A DNA stretch of 64,000 nucleotides from Mizuhopecten yessoensis (Eukaryota), in contig NW_018408895.1 of NCBI RefSeq assembly GCF_002113885.1, forward strand, positions 719,724 to 783,723, given 5' to 3'. The position numbers were made by a program, and so were the translations under genes. The notes under the pieces are model-generated. The model saw only the letters and a program-made list of their open reading frames with translations, was not told the DNA's origin and did not search any database. Within the stretch, counting starts at the first letter, position 1; the number at the start of each line of letters is the position of its first letter. Positions 12,601 through 25,290 of this stretch are shown here, piece after piece.

Positions 12601-15600
12601 GGTCATTTGTCTGATGAAGGTGACAGTGTACATATCGTACTAGTCATCGAAATGTCACGTAACAAATTTTATTGGTCGTGTAAAAAGAACTTTTCATAAT
12701 CCATACTTAACCAACCTGAAGAAAATGTTCAGATACATTCTTACCTGATTCTATCAGGCAACATTTCTCTTTTCCATACACAACAGAAAGTTTGCTGTGA
12801 CCCAACAGAAGTTCTTTCCCCTTCTCCTTACTGACCAGTACTAGACAAATTGGGAACTTGTCATTCGACTTTTGAAGACTGTGGAGCCTGAAATCATACA
12901 CAGATACTAAATATGGATTTTGTTCTTTGTCTTGTGTTTATAAAACAAGATATTTAATTTAAAGTTTACCCCAAAGAACAAGAGAGTTGCTGGCATTAAA
13001 TGTTTGCCTGATTTGTATTATCACCTTAGAGAGAAGTTAAGGTAATTTGAAAAGCCCTAACCTCAAGCAAGCTACAGTCCAAATATCTTGACTGGAAGCT
13101 GTATTGTTCTGCAGAAGATTTTTTAAAACCTTTTAATACAGGACACATGTGACCTTGAATGTAGATCAAGGTAATTTATTTGAACTAAGCGATTTATTTG
13201 AGCAAACTTGAAAGGCCTCTACGGATTAAAATATTCCTTTATCTGAACAACATTACAGGACAAATAGGGCATGATTCTGTGTGGCATGGTTCACTTGAAC
13301 AGATTTGGATGTTGTGACCTGATGTTTAGGCCCAATAGGAGAAATAGAAGTAATTCTTTAAAATCCTACTCCTTGATTATCAGTAAAGGAATTTTGATAT
13401 AAATTGGCCTGGAGCATCCTTGGGTGCATGATGCTCCCTTCCTTAGTCGAATATCCATTCAAAACAACTTTTTATGATAACTTAATTGATTTGTTCTAAC
13501 AATATTGAAAGAAGAAACTTTATGCTGTGTCAATACAATGTATATTTCAAAAACAAGAGGAGAAACATTGCCACAGGTCTTCTTTGCCATCGAACAATTA
13601 CTCCAATTTTAGATATCAAGAAATCAATTTATTGACATTGAAAGTGAATTATTAATATCAAGTGATGTAATTCTTTATATAGAAAAATATCTAATGATAT
13701 CATAAATCCAACTTCTTGATATCTAGAACTGATTTGTTAGAATTAGAAAATATTTTCTAAAATCTCAAAAGCTGTAATTTTTGATATAGCTAAAAATCTA
13801 TTCTTGATATCTACAAATTTAATTCTTGATATCAGAAAACACATGGAAGTAAATGACATGAAATCAAATTTATTTCTTGATACATCATCATCATCATCTT
13901 CCATTAAGTGACAGATCTCCTTGATGGAGCGCAATTGTCACTGTGAGAGGTTCCTAGAGGTGGCAGTTAAAAACTTATGTTTTTTCGTATATGATCAAAC
14001 TTTTTACCAAAATTATACATGAAGTTAGTATAGAGGAAAAGGTTTGAAGCCTGCAATTGCTGATTTAAATGAATTTAGATCAGGCGATTGGGCGATGTCT
14101 GTGGGTATAGAGTTCCAGGTGATGATAGTATGGGGGAAAAATGAATATTTGTATTGATTTGATGCGGTTGTGATCTGATGGAATTTGTGAGCCCCCCTTG
14201 TTTTCCTGTCCCCTTGAGTAAGGTACTCGGCTGATGGAATAGCGATGTGCCCGTTTATGATCTTGTACATCATGGTTAGTCTGGATTTTGCTCTACGTTG
14301 TGCTAAAGATTCCCAATTTAGTGATTGGATCATGGTTGTCACACAGCTGGGATCTCTAGACCTGTAGTCGTTGTGTACATATCGAGCAGCTCGACGTTGG
14401 ACTGACTCCAGCAGCATAGTATTGTCTGCAGTGTACGGGTCCCAGCAAGTCGACGCATACTCAATAGTAGGTCTGACAAGGGTGGTGTAAGTCTGTTCCT
14501 TTACCTTTTTTTGTGCAGGATGACATATTGCGTCATAAAAAGCCTAGGGTATTATTGGCTTTATTTAAGGTAGAGTTGATGTGACTTCTTCAACTCAGGT
14601 CAGAGGTGATAGTGACTCCGAGATATTTACTGGCAGGAACGTTTTCAAGTGATTCATTGTGCAACGTATAGTTGTTCTTAATGGGCACTTTGTTTTTTGT
14701 GACATTTATAAAGCAGCATTTACTGGCATTGAAGTTCATTTGCCATTTGTCCTCCCATGCCTGTAGATTGACAAGGTCGGTTTGTAGAGCCTTGCAGTCA
14801 TCAGGTGTTTTGATGTCTGTGTAGAGGAGACAGTCATCTGCAAATAGCTTGATCTTACATTTCACTGAATCTACGATGTCATTAATATAGACTAGAAATA
14901 ACAGAGGACCAATCACCGTCCCCTGGGGCACCCCAGATAGTACAGGGGCCGTCTCGGACTTAACACCATTTAGTAAAACAAGCTGATCACGAGATTGTAA
15001 AAATGATCTTATCCAGGAGAGGGTGTTGTTTCTTATACCATAAGAGTTTAGCTTGGTCAGGAGTCGTTCATGGGGGACTTTATCAAACGCTTTAGAAAAA
15101 TCTAAAAGGGCTATGTCTGTTTGGGTTTTACTTTCTAAATTTCGACAGAGGTCATCAACGGTAAGTATCAATTGGGATTCAGTGGAGTGTTTGGATCTTA
15201 AGCCGTGTTGGTATTTAGTCAGGATATCAAATTGGGCCAGGTGGGTCATGACGTTACTGTGTATAATATGTTCAAGTAAATTGCAGGTGATGCTTGTGAG
15301 GGATACTGGGCGGTAGTTGGAAGCAGTCTGTTTGTCTCCTTTTTTAAAAACAGGGACAATATGGGCTTCGCGCCAGTCCTTCGGCACTTCACCGGAGTCT
15401 AGTGAAATTTGGAAAAGTTTGGTGAAGGACGGGGTAATTTCTAGTGCAATGTCCTTCAGGACCCTTGTCAGGATGCTGTCTGGTCCAGTGGCTTTATGGC
15501 CAAAAATACCCATAAATACATTTCTTTATATCATTATATCGCATCCTTAATATCAAAATGTCAAAATTTTTAATATTGAAAAAATCGGTTTCTTGATATC

Positions 15601-16143
15601 TAAAAACAACAGCTATTGTTTGAAATCTACTCAAAAAAATTGATCTGTCGCCTGTGTATGGATCATAAACAGGCGACAGATCAGACTTTTGGAGCCTGTG
15701 ATTAATGTCAGTTTTAGCAGTTGTAAGTTAGATCAAAGGGGCTCGTAACAAATACCTCAATTATGCTCACAGGTGCTGGACACACTAATAGTAATATCTA
15801 TCTATCTATATATTATGCAACACCCTCTTTCGAGTATTATGTGCAGCGTAATGATGTGTATACATATATAATATTATATATGCATATCCTCCTGCAGTAC
15901 TGAAATGGGTAACAGCACACCTAAACATACGAATTTGTGTGCTTATATTTTATAGTAACGAGCCCTTGGCTTTCCCTCGGGTATTGGCTAAATATAATCT
16001 GATAATGAGCGAGCTACGCTAGCAAAACTTGGTTGAATACGCCACCTCGCCGTTTTACTTCTTGGCCACTCCTCATTTAGAATGCCTGCGCATTCTTCCA
16101 TATATTGTGGGTGGTCATGTAAGATCTTTGTCGTCAATTCCAT
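6647..16143 (-). CDS. NAA80: N-alpha-acetyltransferase 80 (actin N-terminal acetyltransferase NatH), 5 exons, ~245 aa
   Basis: Exons 16143-16046, 12887-12745, 11871-11796, 9850-9724, 6940-6647 with consistent phases. Motifs LNEEWPRSKTARLHSL..S.D.FP.CLVL, acetyl-CoA motif LRGKGYG, LTTHDKQDFY.HL, poly-proline loop and C-terminal WMRKDL. An in-frame upstream ATG at 16161 could add 6 aa. Confidence 0.93.
7191..8007 (+). mobile_element. Helentron-like non-autonomous element (HINE type) with internal ~290-bp duplication
   Basis: 5' aacaagaggccc..gggcc..ctcacctg; GACG/GGAC microsatellite; 3' hairpin gctcacatggcccttcgggccaggtgagc followed by taaaa. The same termini recur four more times in the window. 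Confidence 0.75.
8158..9630. repeat. 55-bp minisatellite, ~27 copies, in NAA80 intron 4
   Basis: Unit aacatctacagggaactgtaccttagtctataagatcatcaatacaatggtaagt, with some 54-bp variants. Confidence 0.97.
9791..11556. repeat. 94-bp tandem array, ~18.8 copies, spanning the NAA80 intron 3/exon 4 junction
   Basis: Unit aggtgtttatagaagtcctgtttatcgtgtgtcgtcaagtacatggtgcagtaaccgcgactgtaaacagagataaaacaaagtctataaatac. Acceptor positions run from 9851 to 11543, exactly 18 x 94. Confidence 0.98.
12360..12700. mobile_element. Fold-back MITE with long inverted arms
   Basis: attatgaaaagttctttttacac..ccaataaaatttgtta at the left is mirrored at the right; a second internal inverted block ccagtgaagcgtatgcac..aaaggtgt..tgtgtacgagttgtc is also mirrored. 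Confidence 0.8.
13882..15513 (-). mobile_element. 5'-truncated, decayed non-LTR retrotransposon (CR1/L2-group-like reverse transcriptase) in NAA80 intron 1
   Basis: ORFs 14590-15513 and 14025-14417 give KATGPD, NYRPVSLTS, LDFSKAFDKV, SGVPQGTVIGP, LFADD, YLGV, interrupted by stops and a frameshift; ends in a (GAT)n tail at ~13882-13897. Confidence 0.92.
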
Positions 16144-16316
16144 TTTAGGACATGCAGGCATATGTAGGCTTCACGTTTTGTTTACATCGTGATTGGGACA
16201 GGAAGTAGCCGGTGTCTGATCCTAATGTAAAAAGTGTTTGTTTGATACGGGAAGTAGGCGAAGATCACAAGCGTCTGAAATACATCGACAAGACCAAGCA
16301 AAACGAAGCGAAAGCG
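16144..16316. promoter_or_regulatory. Putative bidirectional promoter NAA80/ARMT1
   Basis: 173 nt between divergent start codons; CpG-enriched; ETS-like GGAAGT motifs at ~16201 and ~16250. Confidence 0.65.
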
Positions 16317-19300
16317 ATGAGTGGAACAGTAGAGGCGCCTCCCCTATCGGCGAAGGATAAAAAGTTTGTCATTTATATAAATATATTTGCTTCTCAAAAC
16401 CTGAACTTTCAGTAATATAAATTGAATACCTTTCCTACAATTCGATAGAATATATTTAACATTTATATGATAAAATGCATTTTGTTTTTGTCAAAAACGT
16501 TAAGTCATCAACCAGGATCTTGTTCTTAATGATAAATGGTATAGAAACACGTGTTAAAATGATAACATATATGCCTTGTGACAATATAGCATAATTAACA
16601 GTACCCTGGTATGTCTCTGTACTCTAATAATTATTATTTATTGTAATTAACCGGTGATAAGCCCATGCTCGGTAATAAGCCCATCCAGAATGTTCTCTAC
16701 ATGCTTGGAATATGTCATATGACGAACATTATGACTCTGTATACACCAATTTGTGAACGATAAGAGTTCATTAGTTTGGAAAAAGTTACAAAATCTTGAA
16801 TACCTGTAATCTCCTTGAAATGATAGGTCTCATGCAGGTGGTCACCATTTGAGAAAGTAAACATGATTGGTGATTTGAAACTGTAAACAAGAAAATGCAA
16901 AGGAGAGGCCCATGAGATGAAAAAAATTGTACAGCAGCATAACGGTTAAATTGATTCCTTTTCATTTCAGTGTAGCTCCTTTGTAATTTCTAAGGACAGT
17001 TATCAGCATAAAGTAAATAGCCGTTATTTTTTGTCTGAAACCAATCAAATGGCTAACCCTTGAGCCTTTAATTTTGTCTGGACATATTTCAAGGGTACAG
17101 AGAATATATGTGCATTGAAGTGAAACCCTTGGAGTTTGAAGATGGTTGTATCAGTAATTGTATTGGTATACACACTGAATAATGTGACTATATTCAGAGG
17201 TCTCTGTGACGTAAATTGTATCTGGAATACATTCTTTTCCATGCATTATAGGCTCTGACATATTAATCATCAAGGACATTTTGTCACTTATCACAATTAA
17301 ATAGCATGGTAAACACTAGCCTGAGTTTTCTCTGGCCCTGACACCAGGCTTAGACAATTTGACATATAGATTTCTGGCACACCAGACCAGAGGAAACCCA
17401 GGCTAGGTTAACACACAATTTTGAAATAATATGTCTCATTAATCTGAATATGATGAATGAGTTGTGTTGTATTTTTCAGTTCCTTTGCTTACCTTACCAT
17501 AAAAGACAGACTGCCTGTGATCTTGTCCAAGATTGCAGACAGTGTTTATAGGTTAAAGGGGAAAATTAAAGAGACGTATGGCGAGGTATGTTTTACTTCA
17601 AGTTTGTGAGTTTCATTTTATTTATGAATCAAGTGATCTTTTCATACCTGTCAACCTAAGAGAATTGTAATACTGGTGTTGAAAGAAATGTATAATTAAA
17701 ATGCTAGTTATAGTGCACAATGACATTATTGGAGGCTGAAACTATGCTGCAACCACCTTAAATGAACTAAAAGGGTATTACAAAAATCACTTTTAAACAT
17801 TAATAAGTATCATTTTGCTTATTGTAACATGTTAATTATTATTGCCGTCAATAGCATTTAAATATGATAAGTTGAGATGGAATGTTCCCACAGTGTACAG
17901 CAGTTATAATTATACTACGGGTACAATGAATTTTAAACACTTCGTAATTTTCTTCTAATATCAAATTAGGTTAGAACTTTCTAGTCACAACCAGCATAAG
18001 AAATACAACAGTAAGTACCAGAATAATAAAAAAAAACATGAACATATTGGCTGGGTCTATGGTAAGTAGCTGTCATAAAGCTACATGTAACATTTACTGT
18101 CAAGACATAGGTAAAGACTGCAACCCTTTTATTTGAAAGAAAGCGCTTGTGTCCTATTAAAATACAGCAGGTTTGCATTATGTTTGATACAGTACTGATA
18201 GTATGTTGTTCAATCATTGGGGAAAAAACGGGGAAAAGGATAATATTACTTATACATAAAGAAAATTTGCAGGTAACTGTCTTTATAACTTTCTTTTACA
18301 GCTTGTTAAAATAAAATAAATGAATTAGTGAAGGTTTAAATATTTTTATAGCTTTTTTTTTTTTTTAAAGGGAATTAAGGAATCACAAAATTTATTAATG
18401 AGTGTTCTTCATTTCATGAGAAATGTTTCCTGAAATATTGTTGAAATACAATTTCTCACCCTCACATAGAATTACAAATTTTAAAAGAATTATCTCTATA
18501 TGTTAAACTGGTTAGTTCTTGGGCTGAAATGATCTGCCTACCTCATGATACGATACAAACCATGCTACGATGCTTACAATAACATAAGTATCATGATACA
18601 CATATCTGCTTAAAAAGTCATTTTCGTAATGATTGAGTGAAGGATTTTACAGAGTATTGTCATGGTTTTAAATATCAAATACATGTGCTTCCAAAATATA
18701 TTTTCGTATGATTTTAATACTTATGGGTATGACTGTACAGTGTACATTTACATAAGGATTTCAAAATAGGAAGTACACTTACAGCCCTAGATCTTACTTC
18801 ATACATGATTTTTCATTCCATTCTTGAACATGTGAGACAAATACACTTTGAGATCCCCACCATGTAACCATGTAGGTGCTTGCTAGGCATGAAAAAATGA
18901 ACACATTTATGCTTCCATGATTGGCTCAGGGGTCTGGTCCGCTTCTGGTAACTTATCTGGTAGTCCCTGGCTCTTAATAACATGGATTCTGAAACAGTTG
19001 AGATCCCCATGTATGGTACCCTTGATTGTGAATGAAAATGCATTTTGGTAGAAATTATAGCTTTCCTGTATCAGATTACATATCATTTAAAAGGATAAAA
19101 GTATGTAGAATGGAATAAAAGAAAGATTGATTTCTATTAAAGATGAAGTATTTTTGAATACAGGAGGGAACAGAAGATCTGAAGTCTGTTGCTGGCTGTA
19201 TTTCAAAACTACGTAATGAAGTTCAAACCAACAAACCTGTAGTTCCGATACAAGATGGACGTTCTGATGTACCAGTGTGGAATGATCACTTGAAGGAAAT

Positions 19301-22255
19301 CATTACAACCACAGGATCTCCTCCAAAGTGGTTTGAATCACCATGGTTATATGTAGAATGCTACATGTACCGCAGGGTCCAAGAGGCTGCTGAGTTATGG
19401 TAAGAATTCAATGTGATTGCCTCCCTTTAATTTGTCATGCATAATTAAAGAATTTTAGTTATAGTAAAAACTAAATTTGATTGTCTCCCTTTAATTTGTC
19501 ATGCATAAACATTTTGAAAACTATACACTACTTTATACTGAAAAACTTTTACCCAGTCTAACTTATGCCCTTCTCTAATACTATCCATAATCATGCAGTG
19601 TTAATTTCGCCCATTACATTTGTTTCAATGTATATCATTTTGTTAATTAATGTTTGCTGAAATGATATATTACCCATAATTGGGGGTTGTAAAAAAGATG
19701 AAATTTAAACTGCGGTGAAAATAATATAGCGTATGGTAATCCATCTCATTAATAAATGCATTTTTTTTTTATTGGAGGGCCCATCCTCATGAAGAGAGAG
19801 CATACACATTTGAGAAAATGATTGACGGATGTCATTATATATACATGCATTTTTATGGGGCAAAGTCATTCGTATCCTACGGACATACCTCCATTAGGAT
19901 CCAGTGTTATATGGGATTTTACCGTCTATATTACTTCTTTGACCCATACATGCATATATATGTATACAGTATGTTGAAATAATTGAATGGAGGAGGCCTT
20001 GGTTTCCTCTACATCTGATGATGTATTCAGACTGTAGAAACAAAAAGACACTTTAAACTAAACAATTGTCAAAAAGACATTACATGTAATTTGTTTTATA
20101 TTCTGAAAACATTCTACATTGGAAAATATTGATTTTTTTCCAGCAAAACATTGAAAGATTTTGATGTGTTCCGTGAACAGAAGGAGAAATCATTCTTCGA
20201 TTCCCAACAAGCTATACTAGTGCTGATGGAACACCTCCACAATGTAGAAACAGAAGGAGAATCAGGGAAACAAGTGGATTTGAAAAGTCTTTTTGAAAAA
20301 TTTCTCAGGGTAAGTACCAGGACACAACAAAGCTTGACCTTAAGGTAATAGGATTGTGTCACCATTTCTCGGTAGAATTTCTTCAAATTTTGTAGTTATA
20401 TTGCTTTGAAGTAAAGATAATTTTCTGCCACGAAAAAATACAGGTTGTCAGAATTTTAAGGATTTTAAATGGAAATTTTTGTAAAAAGGAGTGAATTTAG
20501 AAAAAAAAAAGTCACAATTTTTGGCAAAATAATGTCAATAAAAATGATACTGACATAGATTAGTATTGCATTAATGTATATCAATTTAATAAATGCCTAA
20601 ATTGTGTAAAATTTATTATCTATAAACGATTAAAAATTGATATTTTTTTAATAAAACCATGTACACATAGTAATTGCATGTAAAGAGTTATCTTTCTTGA
20701 AAAACTTCACAGTAGTGAAATAGGTAGCCGGTTTCCTGAAGTACAGAAAAATGGACACATGGGACTCATTGATAAAAAAGCAACTGAATTAATGCCTGGA
20801 TTGCTTTGAAACATTTTAATACTGAGAGAATACACTGTACTGTCAATAATAAACATACAATATTTAGCAGTTTAATATTAAACATTAGAGTATGCGGAAA
20901 TTGTGATACTGTCTCCCTACATTGGATTTTCAACTAGGGATGTACTTCCTTTTTCCGTTCATCAATACACTCCTATGACCTTAAGGAAACTTGTAATCTC
21001 AGTTGGCAGTTTGTACCCAAAATCAAAAGTTCTGTGAAGGAGTGAGTTTACCTTATTTGACGCACATTCTATCCTTGTACAATTTATACCCATTACCCCT
21101 TGTAGCAATGTTGATCTTGTTTGGTTAGAGGAAATTGGACATGTTAAAAACTTCTGATATGTTGTTCATGTAAGTTTCCAAAAAATAGACCCCCATGAGT
21201 TAACTCCTTAACAGCTCCTGGTACAAGGAAGATTTTCTCTTAATATAATCAATGCTTCCCTAAAGGGAAATAAAAGTTCAGATTTTTTTTTATATTTTTC
21301 AGACAATCAAGGTTGCATGTTTCAATATCTAAAGTTTCTTGTATGTTGTACCTCTCTAGTGCCTTTTCAACTCTAATGAAATAATTTTTCCAGCTAATTG
21401 TGTCCTTTTGGGAAACAAATATGATGTGTCCATATCCAGCAGGTGTTCTACCTACAGGTGTTATTGTGGGGAAATGTTTTCTACTTACAGGTGTCATTGT
21501 GGGGAAACAAATGTGATCTGTCCATATCCGGAGGTCAAGACGTTGCACAAAGGTCTTCACCTTTGGATCAGCTACACCAGTTTGAACCCAAAATTCTGAT
21601 AGACAACACCAAGGATGTGTTCAAATGTCTTCAGGGAATAAAGGTCACCAAAGGTCATCCTGCCTGTGTTGATATAATTTTGGACAATGCAGGGTTTGAA
21701 CTGGTTACAGATCTCTGCTTTGCTGAATTTCTCATCTCTTTTGGCCTAGCTTCAAAGGTCTGCTTCCATGAAAAAGCATTTCCATGGTTTGTTTCAGACG
21801 TGACTCCATATGACTTTGATTGGACAATCAACCAGCTGTGTGCCTCAAACAGCATATACATGTCCAAGCTTGCTTGTAAATGGAAGCAATATTTAGAAGA
21901 TAAAACCTGGCAAGTTGCTGTTGATGACTTTTGGACTTTGTCTTTCCCTTTCAATGAAATGGAATCACGTTGTCCAGATCTCTATGCAAGGTTGGCCAAA
22001 AGCGACTTTATCTTTCTCAAGGGGGATTTAAATTACAGAAAGCTTGTTGGAGATCTTGCCTGGCCATTCACCACCCAATTCACTACAAGTCTGAGGGGAT
22101 TCCAGCCTGCTCCCCTGTGTGCCCTAAGGGCCTGCAAGAGTGATACTGTGACTGGGTTGAGGGGCGGTCAGGCAGATGAAGTGAAGGCTAAGGATGACAA
22201 GTGGATGATCAATGGAAATTGGGCAGTGATCTCATTCTCTGACAAGCTGACCTAG
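16317..22255 (+). CDS. ARMT1: Damage-control phosphatase ARMT1/DCPH1 (DUF89 family), 5 exons, ~439 aa
   Basis: Exons 16317-16363, 17480-17585, 19164-19399, 20144-20309, 21491-22255. Motifs SFAYLTIKDRLP, WLYVECYMYRR, SLWGNKCDLS, LDNAGFELVTD, PWFVSDVT, KGDLNYRKL. Confidence 0.95.
17316..17408. mobile_element. Short inverted-repeat element (MITE relic)
   Basis: ctagcctgagttttctctgg ... ccagaggaaacccaggctag. Confidence 0.5.
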
Positions 22256-22736
22256 CATGTTAGCCATCAGATGCCTATTTTAATCTCCAATACTGTGTCA
22301 TAATGACATAAGATATTCAGATATTCTCCAATTGTCCTCGTTCCTGAAAAAACTAACCTGACGTCTGAACTACCTGATTTAAACACTATGTTTTAGTCGC
22401 CAACATGATCAGGACATCCAAAGTTGATGTGTGATACCAAACATAATGGATAACACAATTAACTACTCAATATGTTATGTGTAAAGAAATTTGTGTGATA
22501 GATCTCTTGCAAGTCATTCCATTCTTTATTTAAAGATCTTATCAATTTGGTTTGTCATCTTTTGACAGTTGAGTGTAAAATTTGTACAGGTGTGGTGGCG
22601 AGTAAGAGTATACGAGTATGTAGTGTGTTTGTTATCTCCTCCTGCACATATCCCTGTGGCCATGATTAACAGAAAATTATGAAAAATGTTGCTTGTTATC
22701 TTTAAATAATATTTTGTATACAATTGATTATTATGA

Positions 22737-23462
22737 TTTTTAGGTCACATGAGACAAAGTCTCAAGTGATCTATTGCGATCGCCTTTTGTCCGGCGTCGT
22801 GCGTCCGTAAACAATTTACATTTTCGACTTCTTCTCCAAAACCCCTGAACCAATTTCAATGAAATTTTGCAGAAACCTTCCATGGCCAAAGGTCAACCAA
22901 AATTTTGAATTATATGGTCCCAACCCCCCAGGGGCCTGAGGGGCAGGGCCAAAAAGGGTCAAATTGACTAAAATTTCAAAAATCTTCTTCTCAGGATCCT
23001 GATATGGTAGAATCAAATACTCTTCATAGATGGAAGGGTCTTAATGTGCTTTACCAAAATAGTGATTTTCATGACCCTGGGGTCTCACGTTTCCCCTTGG
23101 GGAGGGGGTAAACTTTACTATAGTCTAATTGTGAATCATATGGTCCCCAGCCCCCAGGATCCTGAGGGATGGTGCCAAAAAAGGGTCAAATTCACTAAAA
23201 TTTCAAAAATCCTCTTCTCAAGATCCAGATATAGTAGAATCTAATACTCTTCGTAGATGGAAGGGTCTTAAGGTTCTTTACCAAAATTCAGCTGACTGAC
23301 AGAACCACTATTTGTACTACCCAGATCTTTCACACTACTTTTGCATTACATGTAGTTCAAGTTACCTTTGTTACAAAATGATTTCTTTTTCATTTGGCAA
23401 CATCTATAACATCTGTTTTTACATAACTCAGGTGCACGTTAAGGCCCATGGGTCTCTTGTTA
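22737..23462 (-). mobile_element. Helentron-like non-autonomous element with internal duplication
   Basis: ttttaggtcac hairpin end, cgtcgtgcgtccgt microsatellite, ~240-bp internal repeat, other end ggcccatgggtctcttgtt. Confidence 0.7.
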
Positions 23463-25290
23463 TAAATTATCATGCAATGATTTTACTTATTGTTTTGGTA
23501 CTGGTGATTCATACATTAACATGTCTCAGTATCACTTATCTATGCTGATATATACTTTTATAGTGTTTATATGTTTGTAATTTCCTTTTGCCATATAATA
23601 CTGTAGTTACATGTACTGCCATCCAGAAAGGATTTTTAATGAGTTGGCATTCACATAACTCAAGTTAAAAGTGTTCAAGCTTGTGTTTAATAAATCTCTT
23701 GTGAATAGTTAAAGAATTGTGTAGCCAATAATATATGCAAATTTAGAAGAAGAAAAAAATGAACATTTTCCTGAACCTTATCCTCACCATCAGGAGATTT
23801 ATGTAAATTAATTTTTCTATGATGTCTCAATTGAAAGATTTAGAAATAGCCCAATTAATTATACATGTGACAAAATATTCTATAGCCATATTCTTGTCAT
23901 AATATAGGAGTTGTATGATGATAATATAGGAGTTGTATGATGATAATCAGCTGTTTTTACCATCATCTTCCCATAAAGTTTGTGTACATATGACTTATTT
24001 CCTATTCTCAGTGTGTGATAAAGGAGGAATCTAGTCCAAAGATTGTGAAAAACAGTCATCAAGTTACCCTCACTTAATAAGGGAGATTTTGAGTACAACA
24101 ATATACCCTAATCAAGAATTTAATTTGATTTATATTTTTGCAGTACAAATGGTGATGCTTATGTTTCACATTTTGAATCAGATTAATTTTCACAGATAGC
24201 ATAAGATACCACATTAGACCTAATAAATNTTTACCATTTTTATGGACTTAATTAGAAAAATAAATCTAATATTATGGCAATTTAGCTTTTCAAACATTTC
24301 AAAAGCTCCCTAATGGTTCTAATATTCTCAACTAAAATTGTTAGTCCAAAGGTGCTTATTAGTTAAATACATTTTTTTTGTATTTCAATGTTTTTACAGT
24401 CTTTTCATTTGACTAAGAGATGGTGGCTTTCTGGCATATAGCAGGATTAATACTGTAAATGTCCTTAGCACTTTAATCATGTCAAATTCTTCCGAGCATC
24501 TTGAACAGGATCTCTTTAAAGTACAGTCATCAAGTGGGGATAATGCTAGAGGAACGAAAGCTGAAAATGGGAATAAGGTTATTAAGGTTAGGGGGATGAA
24601 TTAGGTTATTAAGTAGGTCATTGCTCCTAATACAGCAAAAATTGACATATACACATTTTATATACATACAAAGGTGTTCAGATTGCTGCTGTCTGTTGAA
24701 AAAATTACTTTATAGAAGTAAATGCCACATTTCTTGCTTTACATATTTACTAAAAAAATATCATTTATAGCTTTTCAACATTGTTATTGTCTTAGTTATT
24801 CTTTATCATTTTGACCTATCTAAATTATTTTTCAAGTACTATTTACTCCAGAAGAATTTTAATCATTCAAAGAAAATAAAGATATACAATAATCATATTG
24901 TCATCTTCTTTTATTTCCTTTACCTGAATGAATACCATAACATTGTATGGTGCTTACCTGTTAAGTTGTGAGTGTTTCATTTTTAGCTTTAATCATGTTG
25001 TTTCTTTTAAATCTGTGAATTATAATAACTAAACGGCATAGCTAGTTAGCACAGTTATGTTAAAAGAAAATATCCAACAGGAACCACAACAAATTATTTG
25101 AGATCGGTTTTTAGATGTCCGAGTACATGTTTTAAACTAAAATTTGCAAAATAACAACGAAACTAATATTCATTTTCAATTTTGTGTAACTTTCATTACT
25201 CAACTCTTTGCCTTTACCAAATGTATACTCATTTTGAAAGTCACTGAGCCATATCAAGACAATAGATATTTTATAGAAGCATTAAGTGTA

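Noticed and set aside
14025-15513. Functional or domesticated reverse transcriptase
   Set aside because: 5'-truncated, no endonuclease domain, internal stops and a frameshift; an ordinary decayed LINE.
21443-21490. N-terminus of the 270-aa ORF as a gene start
   Set aside because: Intronic duplicated sequence; the ORF is the last exon of ARMT1.
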